Source: Candidatus Methylomirabilota bacterium (GTDB lineage Bacteria; Methylomirabilota; Methylomirabilia; Rokubacteriales; CSP1-6). Taken from it: 64,000 nucleotides of DNA. The stretch's first letter is position 1. Each line of letters begins with the position of its first letter. The position numbers and the translations under genes were made by a program. Where the stretch lies: assembly GCA_036556905.1 (NCBI GenBank), contig DATBIM010000156.1, positions 2,210 through 66,209 on the forward strand, given 5' to 3'. This document shows, piece after piece, positions 28,092 to 37,525 of this stretch. The notes beneath the pieces are model-generated. The model saw nothing but the letters and a program-made list of their open reading frames with translations, had not been told where the DNA came from and did not search any database.

Positions 28092-29362
28092 CGGCGGCGC
28101 GTTCGTCGGGCGCCGGCCTTCCGCCGGAGCCCCGACGGCAGTTCCAGGTCGTCGCGACGGTCTGGCTCATCCTGGCCGCGGCCTACGGCGTCGCCTTCGC
28201 CTTCCCGATCTTCTTCGTCGCGCTGCTCGACGAGTTCCGCTGGTCGCGCGCGCTGACGGCCGGGGCCATGTCGATGTCCACGCTGTTGCAGGGCCTCCTG
28301 GCTCCCGTCACCGGCATCGTGGTGGACCGCATCGGCCCGCGTCGCGTCATTCTCGCCGGCGTGGGGCTGCTGGGCGCTTCGTCCATCCTCGCCGCCACGA
28401 TCCGCACGCCCTGGGAGCTCTACCTCTATACCGGCCTGGTGGGCGCCATGGGGATCGTGGCGCTGGGCTGGGTGCCCATGGGTGTGCTGCTCTCTCACTG
28501 GGTGACGGAGCGGCGCGGCCGCATGGTCGGTCTGGCGTTTTCCGGCATGGGCGCTGGTATCTTCGTCCTCGGTCCGCTCAGCCAGTGGCTCATCGATCGC
28601 CTGGGCTGGCGCGCCGCCAGTCTGGCGCTTGGCGTGGCGGTGCTGATCGTGTTGCTGCCGAGCGCCTGGTGGGGCTGTCGTGTCCCCGAGCGACGGCGGG
28701 GCGGGCCGGGCGGATTCCGCCGCGACGAACGGGATGGGGGGCAGGGCGGTGGCGCCGGCCCGCCGCGGCGCGACGGCGAAGCGACGCTGGCGGATGCGTT
28801 GCGCACCCGCGCCTTCTGGGCGCTCTTTGCCGCCTACCTGCTGACGCCGCTTGCCGTCTTTCCCGTCTTCACGCATCAGGTTGCGTTCGCCGTGGACGTG
28901 GGCTTCCCCCGGCTGCTCGTGGCCTCGATCTTCGGGCTGATGGGTTTGATGTCGAGCCTGGGCCGCCCGCTCTTCGGGGTGGTGGCCGACCGGTTCGGAG
29001 GTGCGGTGTCGGCCACGATCTCGTTCGGCTGTACGGCCGGCGGCGCCGTGGCGCTGGTGGCGGCGGAGGTTTGGCCCCACACGGTGTGGCTCGGGATCTA
29101 CGCGGTGCTCTTCGGACTCGGCTTCGGGGCCCGGGGCCCGATCATCACCGCGATCGCCACCGAGCTGTTCGCAGGCCGGCGCTTCGGGGTGATCTATGGC
29201 GTGCTGAACATGGGCAACGGTGTGGGCGCGGCCATCGGGCCCTGGTTCGGCGGGGCGGTGCATGACGCGCTGGGGTCGTACCGGATGGTGTTCCTCTCGT
29301 CCATCGTTTTCAGCGCGCTGGCCTCGGCCTGCTTCTGGCTGGCCCGCCGGCGGACACCTTGA
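28088..29362 (+). CDS. MFS transporter (oxalate/formate antiporter-like)
   Basis: 12-TM MFS pattern with a central cytoplasmic loop. GTG start overlapping the thrB stop. Confidence 0.6.
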   Translation: MTAARSSGAGLPPEPRRQFQVVATVWLILAAAYGVAFAFPIFFVALLDEFRWSRALTAGAMSMSTLLQGLLAPVTGIVVDRIGPRRVILAGVGLLGASSILAATIRTPWELYLYTGLVGAMGIVALGWVPMGVLLSHWVTERRGRMVGLAFSGMGAGIFVLGPLSQWLIDRLGWRAASLALGVAVLIVLLPSAWWGCRVPERRRGGPGGFRRDERDGGQGGGAGPPRRDGEATLADALRTRAFWALFAAYLLTPLAVFPVFTHQVAFAVDVGFPRLLVASIFGLMGLMSSLGRPLFGVVADRFGGAVSATISFGCTAGGAVALVAAEVWPHTVWLGIYAVLFGLGFGARGPIITAIATELFAGRRFGVIYGVLNMGNGVGAAIGPWFGGAVHDALGSYRMVFLSSIVFSALASACFWLARRRTP

Positions 29363-29395
29363 CGGTCGCGCAGGCGCGATGCTAAGTGAAGCGCG

Positions 29396-30556
29396 ATGAG
29401 GCGGCGCCCTGCGCCCCGGCCTGGCCTCCGTCCCGGCGTGCTTCCCTATCAGGCGCTGCGGGCCGGCGTCGCCGCGGGCTGGATCCGCGCCGCCGCTCCG
29501 CTCGAGGACCAGCAATTCCAGCCGGCCAGTCTCGACCTGCGTCTGGGCGCCGTGGCCTATCAGCTCCGCGCCAGCTTCCTGCCCTACCGGGAGTCCGTCG
29601 AAGCCCGGCTGCGCCAGGAGACTCCGGCAGACAGTGACCTCGTCATCGATCGACTGTCGCTGGAGGCGGGGGCGACGCTCCAGCGGGGCTCGGTCTACCT
29701 GGTACCCCTCCTGGAATCGCTGGTGCTGCCGCCGTCCGTGCGCGGACGGTGCAATCCCAAGAGCACCACGGGCCGCCTCGACATCTTTACCCGCGTCATC
29801 ACCGACGCCGCTCCGCGCTTCGACGAGATTCGCGCCGGCTACGCCGGCCCGCTCTATCTCGAAGTCTCCCCCCAGTCCTTCCCGGTGCGCGTGCAGCGCG
29901 GCCAGTCGCTGAACCAGCTGCGGTTGCTGAGCGGCCAGGCGCTGATCTCCGATCCGGGACTGGCCGACGTGTACCGCGCGACGCCGCTCCTCTACGACGA
30001 TGACGACTGTCCGATTCCGCTCGCGCGGGTTGTCTTCAACGACGGGCTGTGCATGGGGGTGGATCTCTCGGGCCGCCACACCGGGGGCATCATCGGCTAC
30101 CGGGCGCACCCCAACCCTCCCGCCGTGGATTTGAGCCGGGTTGATTTCTACGATCCGGCCGAGTTCTGGGAACCCATCAAGCGGTCCGGTCGCGACGCCT
30201 ACATCCTGGAAGCGAACCGGTTCTACATCCTGGTCTCGCGCGAGCGCATCCGGGTGCCCCCCGACTTCGCCGCCGAGATGGTGGTCTACGACGCCGGGGC
30301 CGGGGAGATCCGGACCCACTACGCGGGTTTCTTCGATCCCGGCTTCGGCTACGGGGACGGTCGAGTCCTGGGCACCAAGGTGGTGATGGAGGTGCGGGCC
30401 CGGGAGGTCCCCTTCCTCCTCTACGACGGCCAGATCTCCTTCAAGGTGCTCTTCGAGCGGCTGGCCAGCCGGCCCGAGCGCGTGTACGGGGTGGGCCTGA
30501 ACTCCTCCTACCAGCACCAGACCCTGACCCTGAGCAAGCACTTCCGCCGGGCCTGA
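29396..30556 (+). CDS. dcd: 2'-deoxycytidine 5'-triphosphate deaminase, long (~380 aa) form
   Basis: …LPYQALRA…FQPASLDLRLG…YQLRASFLP… matches the long-form dCTP deaminase family. Confidence 0.55.
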   Translation: MRRRPAPRPGLRPGVLPYQALRAGVAAGWIRAAAPLEDQQFQPASLDLRLGAVAYQLRASFLPYRESVEARLRQETPADSDLVIDRLSLEAGATLQRGSVYLVPLLESLVLPPSVRGRCNPKSTTGRLDIFTRVITDAAPRFDEIRAGYAGPLYLEVSPQSFPVRVQRGQSLNQLRLLSGQALISDPGLADVYRATPLLYDDDDCPIPLARVVFNDGLCMGVDLSGRHTGGIIGYRAHPNPPAVDLSRVDFYDPAEFWEPIKRSGRDAYILEANRFYILVSRERIRVPPDFAAEMVVYDAGAGEIRTHYAGFFDPGFGYGDGRVLGTKVVMEVRAREVPFLLYDGQISFKVLFERLASRPERVYGVGLNSSYQHQTLTLSKHFRRA

Positions 30557-30640
30557 AAAGAACCGCTGGCCTTCCGCATCTGTTAGAATTGAGCGGGGAC
30601 GGTGGTATGGGCGTTAGCCACCGACCGACGGAGAGCGCCT

Positions 30641-30844
30641 ATGGCAGAGCAGAAGAAGAAAGAGACGAGGCCCACCAAGCCCTCCGAGGGCGGCGACGGG
30701 GCGGCGGCAGGCAGCCCGGAGCTGGCCAAGAAGGGCAAGAAGATCAAGGAAGACATCGACAAGCTCCTCGACGAGATCGATGAGATTCTCGAAGAGAATG
30801 CCGAGGAGTTCGTGAAGAGCTACGTGCAGCGGGGAGGCCAGTAG
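30641..30844 (+). CDS. pup: prokaryotic ubiquitin-like protein Pup (C-terminal GGQ)
   Basis: …IKEDIDKLLDEIDEILEENAEEFVKSYVQRGGQ* is near-identical in pattern to the actinobacterial Pup C-terminus. RBS GGAGAG before ATG 30641. Confidence 0.75.
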   Translation: MAEQKKKETRPTKPSEGGDGAAAGSPELAKKGKKIKEDIDKLLDEIDEILEENAEEFVKSYVQRGGQ

Positions 30845-30847
30845 CCG

Positions 30848-31060
30848 GTGCCCCTGTACGAGTACCGCTGTGCCGGCTGCAATCAGGAGTTCGAACGCTA
30901 TGTGGCCACGCCGACCGCCGCGGTAACGTGCCCGGCCTGCACAAGCGGGAACGTCAAGCGCAAGCTCTCGCTGTTCGCCTTCAAGGCGGAAGGGGGAGCG
31001 ATGTCGACCGCCATGCCCTCGGGCGGCTCCTGCTGCGGGGGCGGTTGCTCCTGCCACTGA
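30848..31060 (+). CDS. FmdB family zinc-ribbon protein
   Basis: MPLYEYRCAGCNQEFE…CPAC…; Cys/Gly-rich tail. Confidence 0.65.
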   Translation: MPLYEYRCAGCNQEFERYVATPTAAVTCPACTSGNVKRKLSLFAFKAEGGAMSTAMPSGGSCCGGGCSCH

Positions 31061-31089
31061 CCGCCCGGCCCTGACGGGCCGACGACCCG

Positions 31090-32004
31090 ATGGATCTTCG
31101 CCGGCTCGAGGTCTTCGTGAAAGTCGCCGAGCTGGGGAGCTTCTCGCGCGCCGCCGAGGCGCTCTTTCTCACCCAGCCGACGGTGTCCGAGCATGTGCGC
31201 GCTCTCGAGGAGGACCTGGGTGTGCAACTGCTCGATCGCCTGGGCCGGGGAGCCGCCCCCACTCCGGCGGGACAGCTCCTGCTGGGCTACGCCCACCGCA
31301 TCCTGGCACTCATGCGCGAGGCGCGTCAGGCTGTCGATCGATTCCAGGGCCGTTTGCTCGGAGAGCTCATCGTGGGCGGCAGCACCATCCCCGGCGAGTA
31401 CATCCTTCCCGCCCTCATCGGCCAGTTCAAGGCCAAGTATCCCGATATCTCCATCAGCCTGCGCGTCGGTTCCAGCCAGCAGATCAGCGAGTGGGTGGAA
31501 GAGGGTCGGGTGGAGATCGGTGTCGTCGGGGCTCGTCCGGGCAGCCGGGCGCTGGTCGCCCGCGAGTTGATGGCCGACGAGATGGTGATCGTGGTGCCTC
31601 CCGAGCACCCCTGGACCCGACGGCCGAGCGTCGGGCTGGCCGACATCCGCGCGGAACCGCTCCTGCTGCGGGAACGCGGCTCGGGGACGCGGCAAGCGCT
31701 GGAGCGCGCGTTGGCCGAGGCGGGGACGGACCTGAGCGCCTTCCGGGTGGCTGGCGAGATGGGGTCCACCCAGGCGGTGAAGCAGGCGGTGCGAGCCGGG
31801 ATCGGCGTGACATTGCTGTCCAGGCTGGCCGTCGAGGACGAGTGCCGGGCCCGGCTCCTCGTGTGCGTGCGCGTGGAGGGTCTCGACGTTCGCCGGTCGT
31901 TCCACCTGGTGACCCATCGCGAACGCAGTCGCTCGCCGCTGGCGCAGGCCTTCCTGGAGTTCATAGAATCCCAGGCCGCCTCGGGGGCATCGCAAGAGCC
32001 GTGA
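31090..32004 (+). CDS. LysR family transcriptional regulator
   Basis: N-terminal HTH …FSRAAEALFLTQPTVSEHVRALE… and a LysR substrate-binding domain. Confidence 0.8.
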   Translation: MDLRRLEVFVKVAELGSFSRAAEALFLTQPTVSEHVRALEEDLGVQLLDRLGRGAAPTPAGQLLLGYAHRILALMREARQAVDRFQGRLLGELIVGGSTIPGEYILPALIGQFKAKYPDISISLRVGSSQQISEWVEEGRVEIGVVGARPGSRALVARELMADEMVIVVPPEHPWTRRPSVGLADIRAEPLLLRERGSGTRQALERALAEAGTDLSAFRVAGEMGSTQAVKQAVRAGIGVTLLSRLAVEDECRARLLVCVRVEGLDVRRSFHLVTHRERSRSPLAQAFLEFIESQAASGASQEP

Positions 32005-33062
32005 CGGGCAAAGAGATCCGTCTCACCGCCTACGCCTCCTGCGCGGGCTGAGCGTCCAAGATGGCTCCTGGAGATCTCCAGGAGGTGCTGGCCGTGCTCA
32101 GATCCGATCGCCCGACGGCCGCCCACGAGAACCTGCTGGTGGGCCTGGGACGCGCGGACGATGCGGCCGTCTACCGGTTGGCTCCCGATCTGGCTATCGT
32201 CGAGACGCTCGACTTCTTTCCGCCGGTCGTCGATGACCCTTATGTGTGGGGTGCCGTCGCCGCGGCCAATGCCATGTCCGACGTCTATGCGATGGGGGGC
32301 GAGGTGATGTTCGCCCTGGCCATCGCCGGCTTTCCCCGCGACATGCCCAAGTCGATCATCGCCGATGTCTTCCGGGGCGCCGCGGACAAGGTGGCCGAGG
32401 CGGGAGGCGTCGTGGCCGGGGGCCATACCGTCATCGACAACGAGCCCAAGTATGGGCTCTGTGTTACCGGCCGAATCCATCCCGATCGCGTCCTCCTCAA
32501 GGGCGGCCTCCGCCCGGGTGACCGTCTGTTCCTGTCCAAGCCCCTGGGCACCGGCGTCATCACCACGGCGGGCAAGGACGATGCGGCTCCGAGCGATATT
32601 CTGGCCGGCGCCGTCGCCAGCATGCTGAGGCTCAACCGGGTGGCGGCCCAGGTGGCCATTGCCGGCGGCGCCCGGGGCGCGACCGATGTCACGGGGTTCG
32701 GCCTGCTCGGTCACGCCGGCGAGATGGTGGAGGCGTCGGGGGCTGGGATCGAGGTGTCCTCCCGCCGCCTTCCGCTGCTGCCCGGCGCCCTGGCCCTCGC
32801 CGAGAAGGGACACTTCAGCGGGGGGATGAAGCGCAACCGCCGCTACGTCGAGGGCGTGTTCGGGCCCCGGCTCACGATCGACGCCGCGGTGGCTCCCGCG
32901 CTCGCTTCCCTCATGTTCGAGGCAGAGACCTCCGGGGGGCTGCTCTTCTCCGTCACGCCTGACCGGGCCCAGCGCGTGCTGGCCGACTTTGCCACTCGGG
33001 GGGAAACGGGCGTCGAGATCGGCGTCGTCCTCAGCGAGCCGCTGATTCGCGTCGTCCCCTGA
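32001..33062 (+). CDS. selD: selenide, water dikinase (selenophosphate synthetase) SelD with active-site selenocysteine (UGA 32049-32051)
   Basis: GTG 32001 overlaps the LysR stop (GTGA). N-terminus MTGKEIRLTAYASCAG-U-ASK… matches the SelD Sec/Cys loop. Downstream AIR-synthase-like fold. Hairpin after the UGA. Confidence 0.75.
32066..32085 (+). promoter_or_regulatory. candidate SECIS hairpin for selD UGA
   Basis: Perfect inverted repeat CTCCTGGAGA/TCTCCAGGAG, 15 nt downstream of the UGA. Confidence 0.5.
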
Positions 33063-33074
33063 CCGCCGAGGCGT

Positions 33075-33620
33075 CTAGGGCAGAAGCCCTCTCACGCGAG
33101 CCAGAACGTCATCGGTCGCCCAGTCCAGCTCGCCAACGACAGAGTAGCGGACAAGACCATCCGGACCGACCAGGAAGGTGGCTGGCAGCGTACGCACCCG
33201 CCAGGCCTCGATGGCCTCGTGGCGAGGATCGCGCAGCATCGGAAAGTCAACGGGCACGTGCCCCAGAAAGCTATTGATACGGGAGGCCGACTCGCCGTAG
33301 TTGACGCCCAGCACCGCGAAGGGCTGGCCGGCCAGCCGCTCGCGGAGCCGTTGGATCGAAGGCATCTCATCGCGGCAGGGCGGGCACCACGTCGCCCAGA
33401 AGTTGATCAAGACCACGCGGCCCTGGTACCGGGCGAGCGTATGGGTGGTTCCGCCGAGATCCTTGAGCTCCAGCGGTGGCGTTGGTCCGCGCCAGGGCCG
33501 AAACCGATCGACGTTTTCCGCGTCGGCCTGGACCCACAGCGCCAGCACGAGGAGCAGCGCGGCCGTGACGAGGCGCGGGCAGCTCCACCCGGGCGGAAGG
33601 CCGGCCGAGGGGTCAGGCAC
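33075..33620 (-). CDS. TlpA family thiol-disulfide oxidoreductase, secreted
   Basis: FWATWCPPC motif with an N-terminal signal/anchor. Confidence 0.7.
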   Translation of the reverse strand: MPDPSAGLPPGWSCPRLVTAALLLVLALWVQADAENVDRFRPWRGPTPPLELKDLGGTTHTLARYQGRVVLINFWATWCPPCRDEMPSIQRLRERLAGQPFAVLGVNYGESASRINSFLGHVPVDFPMLRDPRHEAIEAWRVRTLPATFLVGPDGLVRYSVVGELDWATDDVLARVRGLLP

Positions 33621-34728
33621 GGACCTCGCGCGCCGCGATCGTGTATTTGAAGTTGTCCGGATCGAGGCTGTCGAGCCGCCCTTCGTCCGTCTCGGCCTGG
33701 GGATACATCAGGAAGCCCAGCCTGCTCTTCACGGTCGCGTGCGGCAACGCCAGGTCGTGGGCCATGTTGTACGCCAGCCAGTTGCTCTCCCAGCTCCCGA
33801 AGAGCCGCGGGCGCACGGTCTTCAGGAGCGGGTGATCGACCTTGACCCACTCGCTGGTCTCTTCTCGGGCCACCTTGGCGACGTCGGCCGGGTCCATCGC
33901 CACCCAGCCGTAGTCGCGGAGGAACACGTCAGCCCGGCAGTGCTGGGCTCGAGTGATGTTGGGGCTATTGGCGCCCAGAGCCTTGTACCCGAACGCCGAA
34001 GGGGCGACCCGAATGCCGTAGATGTCCCGGGCCGGCAGCCCCGCGGCTCGGGACAGGGCCACGAACAGGCCGTTGAGATCGGCACATTTGCCTCCGAAGC
34101 TCTTCGTCTCCAGCATGGTCTTGACATCGCCGATGCCACAGCCGCGAACCTTGGGCTCACGGTAGGTGTTGCTGACCACCCAGTCATAGATGGCCCGCGC
34201 CTTATCGACATCCCCCGACGCGCTCTTGGTGATCGTCAACGCCGTGTCGCGGACGATGCCATCTGTGGGCAGGAGCTCGGTGGGCTGCGTCCAGAACGTC
34301 AGTGCTGCCGGGTCCTCTTTAGGGGCGCTCTTGCGGGACCAGTCGACGGCGCGGTCTTGAGTCTTGAACCGACTCACCAGCTCCACCACGGGATGCGGCT
34401 CAGCCTGGGCGAACTCGGCATAGAGCATGACGGCGCGGTACTTCGGCTCGGTCAGGAGCTGCGCCGTCCCGGCGTTGCCCGACCACCGGTTGTCGAGGAC
34501 CTGCTGGTGTTCGTCATTGACCGCCGGCACGGGAAGCCAGACGCGTGTGATGCCCTTGGGCCACTGGATCTCCACGCGGGTGGTGACCTCGAACGTGCGC
34601 CACGTACCAGGGCGGGGGTCGAACATTTTCTCGTCGGCGAGGACCCGGGTTCGGGCGCCCGGCAGATCGGAGAACGCCGCGAGGCTTGCGCAAGCCGTCG
34701 TTGTCTTGAGGAAGGTTCGTCGATTCAC
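33613..34728 (-). CDS. transglutaminase-like cysteine protease superfamily protein, Tat signal
   Basis: GTG start gives MNRRTFLKTTTACASLAA (Tat motif). Core GGKCADLNGLFVALSRAAGLPAR. RBS AGGAG 7 nt upstream. Confidence 0.65.
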   Translation of the reverse strand: MNRRTFLKTTTACASLAAFSDLPGARTRVLADEKMFDPRPGTWRTFEVTTRVEIQWPKGITRVWLPVPAVNDEHQQVLDNRWSGNAGTAQLLTEPKYRAVMLYAEFAQAEPHPVVELVSRFKTQDRAVDWSRKSAPKEDPAALTFWTQPTELLPTDGIVRDTALTITKSASGDVDKARAIYDWVVSNTYREPKVRGCGIGDVKTMLETKSFGGKCADLNGLFVALSRAAGLPARDIYGIRVAPSAFGYKALGANSPNITRAQHCRADVFLRDYGWVAMDPADVAKVAREETSEWVKVDHPLLKTVRPRLFGSWESNWLAYNMAHDLALPHATVKSRLGFLMYPQAETDEGRLDSLDPDNFKYTIAAREVRA

Positions 34729-34877
34729 GCGTGAGCTCCTTTTGGTTGGTGGCGGTCGCGTGAGCGGAATGATGCGTCGATTTCGGTGACTTACAAATCG
34801 GAAATATAGATAGTTCTTGCCTGATGTTATCGTCGAGCTCGATCCGAGAGAGGGGGAGGGTCCGGGGTCGGCGTCGA

Positions 34878-35162
34878 TTACGGCGAAGGGGGCTGAGTCC
34901 GAAGGACTGTCAGCACTCGCTGCTTGAGCTCGGGGGGGATCGAGACATCGCGCAGGCTGCGCGTGGCGCGGATGGTGCCCCGATAGGTGTTCAGAAAGGC
35001 TACGCAGGGAGCGCAGCCGTCGATGTGCCACTCCAGCAGCTCAGCGGTCCGGCGGGGCAGGGAGCCGTCGAGATAGTCCGCCAGCAGCTCCGCGATCTGT
35101 CGACACTCGATCTCGGAGGGTGCGGCGCCGGCCGGATCTGAAGACCCCCGGGTATCTGACAT
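34878..35162 (-). CDS. anti-sigma factor, zf-HC2 type
   Basis: HxxxCxxC motif (EWHIDGCAPC) in a 94 aa protein. No sigma gene adjacent. Confidence 0.5.
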   Translation of the reverse strand: MSDTRGSSDPAGAAPSEIECRQIAELLADYLDGSLPRRTAELLEWHIDGCAPCVAFLNTYRGTIRATRSLRDVSIPPELKQRVLTVLRTQPPSP

Positions 35163-35262
35163 CTGACCTCATTATAAGGAGATGCCGGACCCCACAGCGG
35201 GGATTCTTTGGGCGGCCCCGCGTCTGGACGCGCGCGCGCGATCCACGTATCCTCGGGTGACC

Positions 35263-36309
35263 ATGGCGTCGAGAATCGCCGTACTGACGCCCTTCGCCCT
35301 CCCCTCGGTCCGCGGCAATGCCGTGACCGTCGAGCGCATTGTCCGCGGTCTGCGTGAGCACGGCCTGGAGCTCGCGGTATGGGACCTGTCGGTCACCCCC
35401 GAGGCCACGATCGAGGGGGCGGTGGAGGCGTTCCGGCCCTGCGTCATCCACGCCTTCCACGCCTTCCGGGCCGGACCGCTGGGACTGCGGCTGGCCCGCC
35501 GCATGGAGCTGCCCCTGGTCGTGACGCTGACGGGAACCGACGCCAACCATGACCTGTTCGATCCCCAGCGGGCCTCGATGGTACGGCGCGTGTTGGAGGG
35601 GGCCGCCGCCATCGTGGTCTTTCACGGCTCGATCGGCGAACGCATCGCCGCCGCGCTGCCCGATCTGCGGGCACGGCTGGTCATCGTACCGCAGGCAGCG
35701 GCGCTGCCGGCGGGTGAGCCCTTCGACCTCGCCGCCCGCTGGCCATTGCCCGCCGGGCGAGTTCTGTTCTTGTTCCCCGCCGGGATCCGCCCGGTGAAGC
35801 GTCCGCGCCTGCCGTTGACCCCCCTGGGACGATTGGCGGCGCGCCGTCCGGAGCTGCGGCTTCTCTACGCAGGCCCGGTCCTCGACGCCGAGGAGGGCGA
35901 GGCCCTGCGCTCGGCGCTCGTGGGCCGGCCGTGGGCGCGCCACGAGGGCGCCGTGCCGCACGCCCAGATGGCCTCGCTGCTCGCGCAGAGCGATGTCGTG
36001 CTGAACTGTTCGATCTCGGAAGGCGGCATGGCGAACTCGGTCCTGGAAGCTCTCGGGGCCGGCCGAGCAGTGCTGGCGGCCGATATCGAAGGCAACCGCT
36101 CGCTGATCGAGGACGGCGTGACCGGTCTTCTCTTCCAGGGGGAGGGGGAGCTGGAGGCGCAAGCCGAGCGGCTCGTGGCCGACCCTGCGCTGCGGGCGCG
36201 GCTGGGTGCGGTCGGGCGCGCCCGGGTGGCCGCGCTCTATCCACCGGAGCGTGAGATCAGCGGTTACCTCGATATCTATCGGCGCCTTTTGCCGGTCCCG
36301 CAGACGTGA
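35263..36309 (+). CDS. glycosyltransferase family 4 (GT-B, group 1)
   Basis: C-terminal …ISEGGMANSVLEALGAGRAVLAADIEGN… EX7E-type motif. Confidence 0.65.
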   Translation: MASRIAVLTPFALPSVRGNAVTVERIVRGLREHGLELAVWDLSVTPEATIEGAVEAFRPCVIHAFHAFRAGPLGLRLARRMELPLVVTLTGTDANHDLFDPQRASMVRRVLEGAAAIVVFHGSIGERIAAALPDLRARLVIVPQAAALPAGEPFDLAARWPLPAGRVLFLFPAGIRPVKRPRLPLTPLGRLAARRPELRLLYAGPVLDAEEGEALRSALVGRPWARHEGAVPHAQMASLLAQSDVVLNCSISEGGMANSVLEALGAGRAVLAADIEGNRSLIEDGVTGLLFQGEGELEAQAERLVADPALRARLGAVGRARVAALYPPEREISGYLDIYRRLLPVPQT

Positions 36310-36493
36310 GCGATCGGCCGAAGGCCCTTCGCGCCTCGCCGGCATCGGGGCGGTGAGCGCGGCGGCCGGGGGCGAGGCCGGCCCCACCGCTTCTTTTGAG
36401 CAGCCACCTTGCCTGAGACGATAGAATCAGGTCAGATCAAAAGGCCGGGGGCGCGGGGCCGCAACCTCCGCGCCCGGAGCGGGGAGGGGTTCG

Positions 36494-37507
36494 ATGACGC
36501 AGGAGGCCAGGGTCCAGGAGTTCGTCGCCGGCTTCGGCGCGCTGCGGAGCGAGGTGGAGAAGATCATCGTCGGGCAGCGCGAGATCATCGATCACGTCCT
36601 CATCGGGATGTTCGCCGGTGGCCATCTGCTCCTGGAGGGCGTGCCGGGCCTGGGCAAGACGCTCCTCATCAAGACGCTAGCCGAAGGGCTGGAGCTGTCC
36701 TTCTCGCGCATCCAGTTCACGCCGGATCTCATGCCGGCCGACATCATCGGCACGAACATCATCGTGGAGGACGCCTCGGGCCGGAAGCACTTCGAGTTCC
36801 AGCACGGGCCCATCTTCGCCCATATTCTGTTAGCCGACGAGATCAATCGGGCCACGCCCAAGACGCAGTCGGCCCTGCTGGAGGGGATGCAGGAAGGCTA
36901 CGTCACCGTGGGCGGGGCCTCCCGGCCGCTGCCGGTCCCGTTCTTCGTCCTGGCCACACAGAATCCCATCGAGATGGAGGGCACCTACCCCTTGCCGGAG
37001 GCCCAGCTGGACCGCTTCATGTTCAAGCTGCGCGTGCGCTATCCCGCCATCGACGAGCTCAACGCGATCATCGATCGCACCACCCAGATCCGTCAGGTGG
37101 CGGTCCAGCGCGTGATGAGCGGGCCCGGTGTGATCGGTTATAGAGAGCTGATCCGCGAGGTGCCCATCGCCTCTCATGTCCGCGACTTCGCGTCGGCGGT
37201 GGTCATGGCTACGCACCCGGAGTGGGAGCACGCCCCCGACATCACCCGGCGCTTCGTCCGCTACGGAGCCAGCCCCCGGGGGGCTCAGGCGCTGGTGCTG
37301 GGGGCCAAGGTGCGGGCCTTGTGTCAGGGGCGATTCAATGTGAGCGTGGAGGATCTCAAGGCGCTGGCCGCGCCGGCGCTCCGGCACCGCGTGATCCTGA
37401 ACTTCGAAGGTGAGGCCGAGGCCGTGGACACCGACACGCTCATCGGCGATATCGTCGCCGGCGTCGAGCAACACGCGACGCAGGGCAAGGAGCTCTTTCT
37501 CCGCTGA
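36494..37507 (+). CDS. MoxR family AAA+ ATPase
   Basis: GVPGLGKT Walker A, …LLADEINRATPKTQSALLEGMQE…. Confidence 0.85.
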   Translation: MTQEARVQEFVAGFGALRSEVEKIIVGQREIIDHVLIGMFAGGHLLLEGVPGLGKTLLIKTLAEGLELSFSRIQFTPDLMPADIIGTNIIVEDASGRKHFEFQHGPIFAHILLADEINRATPKTQSALLEGMQEGYVTVGGASRPLPVPFFVLATQNPIEMEGTYPLPEAQLDRFMFKLRVRYPAIDELNAIIDRTTQIRQVAVQRVMSGPGVIGYRELIREVPIASHVRDFASAVVMATHPEWEHAPDITRRFVRYGASPRGAQALVLGAKVRALCQGRFNVSVEDLKALAAPALRHRVILNFEGEAEAVDTDTLIGDIVAGVEQHATQGKELFLR

Positions 37508-37525
37508 TCGCACCTGGAGGGCCTG

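Noticed and set aside
30898-31995. 365-aa minus-strand ORF opposite LysR
   Set aside because: No motifs; LysR on the plus strand is unambiguous.
36309-36494. Hairpin CGAAGG-C-CCTTCG after the glycosyltransferase gene as a terminator
   Set aside because: Short stem and no U-tract; weak evidence.
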